IMG/VR virus record: IMGVR_UViG_3300002092_000192 | Location: 1 to 24,332 of that record | DNA from: a virus | Taxonomy: Duplodnaviria > Caudoviricetes | DNA: 24,332 nucleotides | Strand: one strand, 5' to 3' | Shown: positions 9,333-16,497 of the stretch, piece after piece | Layout of the letters: each line of letters begins with the position of its first letter | Position numbering within the stretch: the stretch's first letter is position 1 | Notes under the pieces: generated by a model | Databases searched by the model: none | Seen by the model: only the letters and a program-made list of their open reading frames with translations | What the model was told of the DNA's origin: nothing | Position numbers and translations under genes: made by a program

Positions 9333-11708
9333 ATGGCAAATAGTAATTTTATAGTACAGAACGGCCTTACAGTTGGGCCATTGGTCATTGATGCAGCAAC
9401 TGGTAGTTTAACTACTACTGGTACTATTACAAGTACCGGTGGCGGACCTGAAATTTTTAATGGCAATATTGTTGCTAATAGTGGAGTAGCTTCAACAACT
9501 ACAACAACAGGTGCTTTGGTTGTAGTTGGTGGCATGGGAGTAAGTGGTGCTATAGTGGCAAACACTGTACTGTCTGATAGTATTACAACATCAAATGGCG
9601 GGCAACTTATAGGTTATCACACTGGTGCAATTGGCGCTAATACCGCAAACACAGGTGTATTCACAACACTCACAGCTACTACAGGTTATAATGGTGCAGT
9701 CAATGGACCATTTAATGGAACAGTTGGTGCAACTACTGCTAACTCAGGTGTATTCACAACACTCACAGCCACTACGGGGTATAATGGTTCTGTCAATGGT
9801 GCAATGAATGGAACCATTGGTGCAACTACGGCAAATACTGGTGCATTTACGACATTAACCACTTCAAGTACCATTGCTGCAACTGGAATTATATATGGTT
9901 CCGGCGGTGTACAAGGAGCGTTAAGTGGTCCATTTAATGGCACAGTTGGTGCAACCACTGCTAACAGCGGGGTGTTTACAACATTAACTGCTACTACAGG
10001 GTATAATGGATCTGTCAATGGTGCAATGAATGGGACTATAGGCAATACCACAGCAAATACTGGTGCCTTCACCACATTAACTTCAAGCGGATTAACTACT
10101 ATAACTAATGCAACTGATTCTGCATCAATAAGTGGTGGTGCATTAGTTATTACCGGTGGATTAGGCGTAGGTAAGAATACATTTATTGGTGGTAGCTTAA
10201 CTGTTGTTGGTAACTTAGCAGTTCAGGGAAATAGCACAACTATTGGATCAACTGACTTAACAGTTAATGACAGTGTTATCAACTTACATACATATCCAAA
10301 CTTAGCTGCTTGGACTGTAAATGATGGTAGAGATATTGGATTTAAGTTACATTATTTTGATACAGCATTAGCAGGCGGTGATAATCTATCATTCCTAGGT
10401 CGTGCAAATGATACTGGTTATCTAGTATATTACACAACTGGTACTGAAAATTCATCAAACGTATTCACTAGTGGAACATTGGGTACTATTAGAACTGGTG
10501 AATTTGTTGCATCTAACTCCACAGCATCAACTAGTACGGTAACAGGTGCATTGCGTGTTTCAGGTGGCGCAGGCATTGTAGGTAACATTTACAGTGGTGG
10601 GCAAATATTTGGATATCACACTGGAGCAATTGGTGCTAATGTTGCTAACACTGGTGCATTTACTAGCGTAACTGCTTCTAGTATAACATTAACTGGCGCT
10701 TCAACCGCTAACAGCTATACTACATTATATGGTGGACAAGTTTCAGGCTATCATACCGGGCCAATTGGTGCTAATGTTGCTAACACCGGAGTGTTTACAA
10801 GTATTACTATTAGTGGAGCATCATCAGCCAACAGTTATACTACATTATATGGTGGTCAAATAACAGGGTATATGACTGGGGCAATTGGTGCAAATACTGC
10901 TAACACAGGTGCGTTTACTACCTTAACATCTAGTGGGCAGACTGGACTTGCTAATACAGCAGCAACTGGTCTATATGTAACGAACGGTGTTTACTGGGCA
11001 AACGGTACAGCTTGGTCAAGTACTGGTACAGTTTATACAGCAAGCAGTACTGCACCATCTAGTCCTAAAAATGGTGACGAGTGGTATAATACTTCAAATG
11101 ATATTCTATATATTAGAGCAAACGATGGCACAAGTAGTTTTTGGTTGGATATTGTAAGTACCCCAAGTTCCATGGGTAACCTAGCGGTAACTGGTAATTT
11201 AACGGTGTCAGGCAATGTTAACAGTTCACTTACGCCATATGCCAATAACACTTATAATTTGGGAACAACAACTGCTAACTGGGCTACAGTTTATGCAGTG
11301 ACTTTTAGCGGTACATCAACAACTGCAAAATACGCTGACTTGGCAGAAAATTATGAAGCTGATTGTGAGCTAACACCCGGTGATGTTGTTATATTTGGTG
11401 GCTTTAAAGAAATTACCATTGCTAATCAATCACATGATACTAGAGTGGCAGGCGTTGTTTCAACACAGCCAGCTTACTTGATGAATAGCGCCTCACCTGG
11501 TTATCCCATTGCATTGACAGGGCGTGTTCCCTGCATGGTTAAAGGCCCAGTTGATAAAGGTGACTTATTAGCAGCCAGTGAGTATGCAGGCGTTGCACAG
11601 AAACTCGTTAAGGCACTGTATGAGCCAGGATGTGTAATAGGCAAGAGTCTAGAGAAAATAAATAGTGATGAAACTAAACTAATTGAAGTAGTAGTGGGAA
11701 GAATATAA
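9333..11708 (+). CDS. Tail fibre protein with C-terminal peptidase G2-type autocleaving chaperone domain
   Basis: About 8 shaft repeats. C-terminal KYADLAENY...PGDVV...GVVST.PAYLMN...IALTGRVPC.V.GPV.KGDLL...IGKSLE, the G2-type chaperone signature. Confidence 0.8.
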   Translation: MANSNFIVQNGLTVGPLVIDAATGSLTTTGTITSTGGGPEIFNGNIVANSGVASTTTTTGALVVVGGMGVSGAIVANTVLSDSITTSNGGQLIGYHTGAIGANTANTGVFTTLTATTGYNGAVNGPFNGTVGATTANSGVFTTLTATTGYNGSVNGAMNGTIGATTANTGAFTTLTTSSTIAATGIIYGSGGVQGALSGPFNGTVGATTANSGVFTTLTATTGYNGSVNGAMNGTIGNTTANTGAFTTLTSSGLTTITNATDSASISGGALVITGGLGVGKNTFIGGSLTVVGNLAVQGNSTTIGSTDLTVNDSVINLHTYPNLAAWTVNDGRDIGFKLHYFDTALAGGDNLSFLGRANDTGYLVYYTTGTENSSNVFTSGTLGTIRTGEFVASNSTASTSTVTGALRVSGGAGIVGNIYSGGQIFGYHTGAIGANVANTGAFTSVTASSITLTGASTANSYTTLYGGQVSGYHTGPIGANVANTGVFTSITISGASSANSYTTLYGGQITGYMTGAIGANTANTGAFTTLTSSGQTGLANTAATGLYVTNGVYWANGTAWSSTGTVYTASSTAPSSPKNGDEWYNTSNDILYIRANDGTSSFWLDIVSTPSSMGNLAVTGNLTVSGNVNSSLTPYANNTYNLGTTTANWATVYAVTFSGTSTTAKYADLAENYEADCELTPGDVVIFGGFKEITIANQSHDTRVAGVVSTQPAYLMNSASPGYPIALTGRVPCMVKGPVDKGDLLAASEYAGVAQKLVKALYEPGCVIGKSLEKINSDETKLIEVVVGRI
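9615..10080 (+). repeat. Array of degenerate ~31-aa shaft repeats (NGT(I/V)GATTAN(S/T)G(V/A)FTTLTATTGY)
   Basis: Five motif copies are visible in the translation; boundaries are approximate. Confidence 0.8.
10610..10925 (+). repeat. Tandem ~40-45-aa repeats (GY.TG.IGAN.ANTG.FTS...ANSYTTLYGGQ)
   Basis: About 2.5 copies in the translation; tatactacattatatggtgg occurs twice; boundaries are approximate. Confidence 0.8.
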
Positions 11709-12718
11709 TGGCATTTCCATCAGGACCAGCAAACGGAGCAGTTGCAACAGTTAACGGTGTAAGTTACACCTATAATAGCACAACGGGCGCTTGGAATAAA
11801 ACAAGTGCGGGGGTGTCTGGTGCTACAGTTGTAACAACTGGCGGCGCTACCTTTACTGGCCCAGTAACCTTTCAAAGCTCAGTAAGTTATTCAACACCAT
11901 TGCAATTTGCTGCTGGAAATGTTTCAGCACCCAGTGTATCTTTTAGCACAGCAACAACTACAGGATTATATGCAGGGTCAGGAACACTGGGTTTAGCAAC
12001 ATCAGGTGCTGTTGGTATCTATATTGACGCCAGTCAAAATGTTGGTGTTGCAACAGCAAGTCCCAGTTATAAACTGGACGTAAACGGAACAGGCAGAATC
12101 AGTGGTAATACAATTCTCAGCGGAACATTAACCATTGCTGGTGGTAGTGGTGGCACACAAGTTTCAATGACTAATGGTGGTGATCTACTAATTTTTAATG
12201 GTGACAACTCGGGCTCAGTTCGTTTATATTGCGATAGTAACCAACAATTAATAGTTGATGGCGCTGTTTACGCAGCCAGTGGTGCAGGAACTTTCCTCTC
12301 ACTTGGTGTTAATACAGCAGCCGGCGGCACAGGGTCAATATTAGCGACAGGCTTAATTACTGCTTATTATTCAGACAAGCGTTTAAAAACTATAAATGGA
12401 AATATTGAAAATGCATTAGCTAAAGTACGTCAATTAAACGGTGTGCTTTATGTTGAAAATGAAATTGCAAAATCATTTGGGTATGATGATGACAGTCAAC
12501 AAGTAGGTGTTATTGCACAGGAAGTACAAGCAGTACAACCTGAAGCAGTGGCTCTTGCACCATTTGATAGAGCTGAAGATGGCTCGAGTAAATCTGGTGA
12601 AACTTACCTAACTGTACATTATGAAAAATTAGTACCCCTATTGATTGAAGCAATTAAAGAATTAAGCTCACAAGTTGATGATCTTAAAGCGGAAATTGAT
12701 ATAATAAAGAGGGGATAA
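11708..12718 (+). CDS. Short fibre protein with C-terminal S74 chaperone domain
   Basis: TAATG overlap with the upstream gene; N-terminal FPSGPANG...YTYNSTTGAW module; NVGVATASPSYKLDVNG; TAYY-SDKRLK...GVIAQEV...YLTVHYEKLVPLLIEAIKEL. Confidence 0.85.
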   Translation: MAFPSGPANGAVATVNGVSYTYNSTTGAWNKTSAGVSGATVVTTGGATFTGPVTFQSSVSYSTPLQFAAGNVSAPSVSFSTATTTGLYAGSGTLGLATSGAVGIYIDASQNVGVATASPSYKLDVNGTGRISGNTILSGTLTIAGGSGGTQVSMTNGGDLLIFNGDNSGSVRLYCDSNQQLIVDGAVYAASGAGTFLSLGVNTAAGGTGSILATGLITAYYSDKRLKTINGNIENALAKVRQLNGVLYVENEIAKSFGYDDDSQQVGVIAQEVQAVQPEAVALAPFDRAEDGSSKSGETYLTVHYEKLVPLLIEAIKELSSQVDDLKAEIDIIKRG

Positions 12719-12721
12719 ACA

Positions 12722-13417
12722 GTGGCAGTAACATTAGGTCTTGGATTAACATTTAATGATGGTTCCACTCAACTATCACAATCCTCAGATTCTGAAGGTG
12801 GTGGATTAATATCCATTACAACCTTTACAGCCGTGGGAACTTACACTATTCCAACAGGTGCAACAACATTGCTTGTTAAGTGTGTTGGCGGTGGTGGTGG
12901 CGCAGCAGGATATTTAGAATCCGGCGGAGGTGGTGGCTATGCTGAAGGATATTTTAAAGGCGCAGCACAGGGTGTAATACCAGGTAATACTGTTGCAGTT
13001 ACCGTTGGTGGCGGTGGGGCTTCTGTTTATTATTATGCGGCGGCTGGTAATGGTCACACCAGTACTTTTGGTGGGTGGATTACAGCAACCGGTGGTCATG
13101 GGGCAAATTCAATTTGGGCACATACCGGTGGTTTTGGTGGCCAAGGATCAGGTGGTATTGTTAGTTTAATTGGCGGTGGTGGAACAGGGCATGGTAATCA
13201 TCACGGCTATGCTGCCACTGGTAGAGGTGGTGCAAGTTTTTTTGGTGGTGGCAACGGCGTGAGACATTATCATGATGGTGGTTCTCATGCATTTTATCCA
13301 GCGGCTCTAGGTGCAGGAGCGGCAGGCGGCACTACAGATAGCACTTTACCTGTGCGTGGCGGCTACGGACAATATGTTGGTATGGGTGGAATGGTGATTG
13401 TTTATGCTTATCAGTAA
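12722..13417 (+). CDS. Glycine-rich adhesin-like virion protein, paralog 1
   Basis: GTG start with GAGGGG RBS; T.T.P.G...V..VGGGGG...GGGGGY...V.VG.GG...G.V.VYAY architecture of phage Gly-rich tip domains. Confidence 0.7.
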   Translation: MAVTLGLGLTFNDGSTQLSQSSDSEGGGLISITTFTAVGTYTIPTGATTLLVKCVGGGGGAAGYLESGGGGGYAEGYFKGAAQGVIPGNTVAVTVGGGGASVYYYAAAGNGHTSTFGGWITATGGHGANSIWAHTGGFGGQGSGGIVSLIGGGGTGHGNHHGYAATGRGGASFFGGGNGVRHYHDGGSHAFYPAALGAGAAGGTTDSTLPVRGGYGQYVGMGGMVIVYAYQ

Positions 13418-13426
13418 GGAAACATC

Positions 13427-14077
13427 ATGGCAGTAACTTTAGGAGCAAGTGGTATCACATTTGATAATGGTACAACCAACACAACCAAAATAATAGATAA
13501 AGGGCAGTTGGTTAATATTACATCATATACAAGTAGTGGGAACTATACTGTACCCAGTAATGCAAGAATGGTATATGTTCAGTTAATTGGCGGTGGCGGC
13601 GGTAGTGCTGGATATAATGAATCTGGTGGTGCTGGTGGTTATGCTGAGGGAATGTATTATGTTACCCCTAGTTCAACAATTTATGTTACCGTTGGTGGCG
13701 GGGGCGGGGGCGTTGGATATTATGGAACTGGTGGCCAAGGTGGTACTACTAGTTTTGGATCATATATCAGTGCCACTGGCGGTCACGGTGCCAATGCACA
13801 AGTATCACATGCAGGTGGTGTTGGCGGCGTAGGTTCAGGTGGTCAAGTAAACACTTACGGTGGGGCAGGAACAGGGCATTCCAATGGTGGCAGTCATGCA
13901 CAAACAGCACATGGTGGAGCAGGATTCTTTGGAGGATGTGCCGGCCAGGCAAGGACAACCGCTTCTCATAATTTCAGTGGAACTTTAGGTTCTGGTGCAA
14001 CAGGTGGAGTAACGCAGGCATCTAATAGTGGCTCCGGCGCTCCCGGTGGATTATGTATAATTTATGCGTACACATAA
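13427..14077 (+). CDS. Glycine-rich adhesin-like virion protein, paralog 2
   Basis: AAGGA RBS; MAVT start; motifs collinear with paralogs 1 and 3. Confidence 0.7.
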   Translation: MAVTLGASGITFDNGTTNTTKIIDKGQLVNITSYTSSGNYTVPSNARMVYVQLIGGGGGSAGYNESGGAGGYAEGMYYVTPSSTIYVTVGGGGGGVGYYGTGGQGGTTSFGSYISATGGHGANAQVSHAGGVGGVGSGGQVNTYGGAGTGHSNGGSHAQTAHGGAGFFGGCAGQARTTASHNFSGTLGSGATGGVTQASNSGSGAPGGLCIIYAYT

Positions 14078-14086
14078 GGAATAGAC

Positions 14087-14785
14087 GTGGCAGTTACAAT
14101 AGATAATACATCAATAACATATTCAGACGGCAGTGTTCAAACCACCGCTTTTAACAGTGGCCAAAATCGTGGCACATTAATGGACATGCAAGTTTGGATG
14201 GCAGCGGGCAGTTACACATGGACCAAGCCTGCAGGATGTACCTATGTACAAGTTAAATTAGTAGGTGGTGGCGGGGGTGGATGCGGCTACTGTGAGTCAG
14301 GCGGCGCTGGCGGATACGCAGAAGGTTATTATGACGTTACTGGCGTTAGTACAGTTGCAGTAACCGTTGGCGGCGCGGGCGCCGGTACTGGGTATTATCA
14401 AGCAGCTGGCAACGGTGGCACCAGTAGTTTTGGTAGCTATCTAAACGCAACAGGTGGGTACGGCGCAAATAATAACTACAGTCATAGCGGCGGGCATGGT
14501 GGAGTTGGTAGCGGCGGCCAGGTTAATTTATATGGAGCAGCCGGACGAGGACATAATAACGGTGTAGCAAGTTGGACTGGTGGTGTAGGCGGCGGCAGCT
14601 ACTTTGGCGGTGGTGGAGTTAACACTAGGAATCATGGTCATCTGTCATTCGCATATCAAGGTAAAATGAAAAGTGGTGCACCAGGTACAGGTGGTCCAGG
14701 CGCTCAGACTGATGGAAGTCAGACTGGCGGCAATGGATTTGCTCCAGGCGAATCAGGTATGGTAGTAGTTTACGCTTTTAGTTAA
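14087..14785 (+). CDS. Glycine-rich adhesin-like virion protein, paralog 3
   Basis: AAGGA RBS with GTG start; MAVT start; TWTKPAG..V.VKLVGGGGGG motif; collinear with paralogs 1 and 2. Confidence 0.7.
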   Translation: MAVTIDNTSITYSDGSVQTTAFNSGQNRGTLMDMQVWMAAGSYTWTKPAGCTYVQVKLVGGGGGGCGYCESGGAGGYAEGYYDVTGVSTVAVTVGGAGAGTGYYQAAGNGGTSSFGSYLNATGGYGANNNYSHSGGHGGVGSGGQVNLYGAAGRGHNNGVASWTGGVGGGSYFGGGGVNTRNHGHLSFAYQGKMKSGAPGTGGPGAQTDGSQTGGNGFAPGESGMVVVYAFS

Positions 14786-14800
14786 TTTAGGAGAAATAAA

Positions 14801-15226
14801 ATGTTAAGTGCTTTATTGCATTCATTAGAACCAGGTAGAATTTGTGATATTGTTCCAGTGGGCCAAGAATTTGAAGTTCATGCAAATTTTACATGGATTA
14901 CAGTACCAGATGATACAACATGTTCCGACAGATACAACGAAGATGGTACTATTTCTAAATGGGATCCATTGACACAGCCAGGGTTTGCAGAATCTGCTTA
15001 TAGAGTAGCAAGAGAAATAGAGTATGGGTCCTTGGGAAATCAATTGGACATGTTATATAAAGAAATAGTGGCAACTGGGACTATTAGTAACACAGGTCCA
15101 TGGGCTACACATATTTCAACTGTTAAAGCAGCTATTCCCAAAGACGATCCAGCAGCAGTATTAGAATGGAATCGACAAAAACTTGCAGAAACTATGGCAA
15201 TGCAAGCAAATGCAGCCCCTTTTTAA
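14801..15226 (+). CDS. Small fibre-associated protein (tail fibre assembly / tip-binding-like)
   Basis: AGGAG RBS; R..EY.SL.NQLDMLY...W..HI..VK..IPK motif, which I associate with small genes downstream of phage fibre genes. Function is inferred from context. Confidence 0.5.
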   Translation: MLSALLHSLEPGRICDIVPVGQEFEVHANFTWITVPDDTTCSDRYNEDGTISKWDPLTQPGFAESAYRVAREIEYGSLGNQLDMLYKEIVATGTISNTGPWATHISTVKAAIPKDDPAAVLEWNRQKLAETMAMQANAAPF

Positions 15227-15229
15227 AAA

Positions 15230-15258
15230 TTGATTTAATTATTAATATGTAATATAAT
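15230..15258 (+). promoter_or_regulatory. sigma70-type promoter (TTGATT-N17-TATAAT), likely leaderless transcript
   Basis: -35 TTGATT at 15230-15235 and perfect -10 TATAAT at 15253-15258. ATG at 15265 falls at the expected TSS distance, with no SD. Confidence 0.6.
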
Positions 15259-15264
15259 TAAGTT

Positions 15265-16497
15265 ATGAACCTATCAAAACGATTCAGTATACCACATTAT
15301 GATAAATTTCACGGTGATTATGCCTCATATTTTTATGAGATTATGCGTAAGGCCGACAAGACTTATTTGGATAACATACACGATATATATTTTGGAAAAT
15401 ATTTCTATTATATGTTTGATGGGCAAGAAAAGCGTTGCGGCAATCCCATGGGTGTTGAAGCAAGTGATGAACAAGTAGATTATTTGTTCAAGTTACAGGA
15501 GGAAACTGGTGTTGAGATCAGTTTAACTTTTAACACAATTGAAGTTCCAAATGAAGTTATCTTCAATGATGATATAAGAAATCTATTTGTTGAATGGATC
15601 GGTAGTTATTATGATCGTGGTATGCGTAGCTGTACAATTAGCAGTGAGCATATTATGCGTATGGGTGTACTACAAGATCGATGTCCTGACATGCGTTGGA
15701 AGAATACAGTAAATCAAATTGTAGCAGATTCGCAGCAGTTTATAGATTATGCTTTCCTAGGGTATAATACAATACTACTTGATAGAAGCCTTAATAGAAA
15801 TATTAAGGAACTAAAGCGCATACGCAAAGCACAAAATTATCTAAATGCAATGAATCCAAAGAAGAAAGTGCTTACTAGTTTATTGGTGGCTGAAAGTTGT
15901 GTTTATCATTGTCCATTTAAAAAGGAACATGATAGCATCGGTGAAATTATCAGCACTGAATATTTTAGAGGACCAGCAGATTTAAGCTGTAATGGGTGGC
16001 GTAGTCATGGGACATTTGGACAATTACCCAGAGCAGGAATTAATGTTATTGGTAGTAGTGCTACAACTTACGCTAAATTTGGTGATCTAGTAGATATTTT
16101 TAAATTTTCAGGTAGATTAACTACACCTGTGACTACTGCAAAAGATCGTGAACACTTTAAAAGTGTTTGGTATTTTGATGCCAATGGGGCAAAGTTTAGA
16201 CAAAATAGTACAGAAGCAGGTCAAACAATATTTGCAAATAGTTTTGAAGAAATAATGGAAAATAATTTGGAACCCATTCACAGTTGGATTCCTGGGTTTA
16301 TTGATACACGTTACGAAAAGAATGATTGGCGTACAACATATAAGCAATATACAGGCATGTGGTCAACTGCTAAAGGTAAACGACTAGAAAAAATTCTTAT
16401 GAACTGTAAGAATCAATGCTGGGATTGCCATGAATGCGAGCGAACATTCGGCATGGAAGATATTGATAGTGCATTGCAAATTCGAAAGGTCAAATAA
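15265..16497 (+). CDS. U32 'peptidase' family Fe-S protein (UbiU/UbiV/RlhA/TrhP superfamily; putative O2-independent hydroxylase)
   Basis: ILLDRSLNRNIKELKRI, LLVAESCVYHCPFKKEH, downstream Cys (LSC), FKFSGR (K..GR motif of U32) and C-terminal CKNQCWDCHEC Cys cluster. Confidence 0.7.
   Translation: MNLSKRFSIPHYDKFHGDYASYFYEIMRKADKTYLDNIHDIYFGKYFYYMFDGQEKRCGNPMGVEASDEQVDYLFKLQEETGVEISLTFNTIEVPNEVIFNDDIRNLFVEWIGSYYDRGMRSCTISSEHIMRMGVLQDRCPDMRWKNTVNQIVADSQQFIDYAFLGYNTILLDRSLNRNIKELKRIRKAQNYLNAMNPKKKVLTSLLVAESCVYHCPFKKEHDSIGEIISTEYFRGPADLSCNGWRSHGTFGQLPRAGINVIGSSATTYAKFGDLVDIFKFSGRLTTPVTTAKDREHFKSVWYFDANGAKFRQNSTEAGQTIFANSFEEIMENNLEPIHSWIPGFIDTRYEKNDWRTTYKQYTGMWSTAKGKRLEKILMNCKNQCWDCHECERTFGMEDIDSALQIRKVK

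Noticed and set aside
897-10925. Periodic DNA repeats as a possible CRISPR array
   Set aside because: The repeats are in-frame, degenerate at third codon positions and encode protein repeats; there are no unique spacers or cas genes.
429-11251. Many - strand ORFs rich in V/P/A (e.g. 429-845, 3577-3876, 5000-5326, 6650-6964, 9686-10075)
   Set aside because: Antisense shadows of Thr/Gly/Ala-rich fibre codons, fully nested in long + strand genes.
12722-14785. Adhesin paralogs as diversity-generating retroelement TR/VR or invertible cassettes
   Set aside because: No reverse transcriptase or invertase in the window, no near-identical pair differing only at adenines, and all copies are full genes in the same orientation with their own RBS.
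15265-16497. Radical SAM enzyme, suggested by CxxxCxxC
   Set aside because: The Cys motif is at the extreme C-terminus rather than near the N-terminus, and the CxxxCP and K..GR motifs fit the U32 family better.
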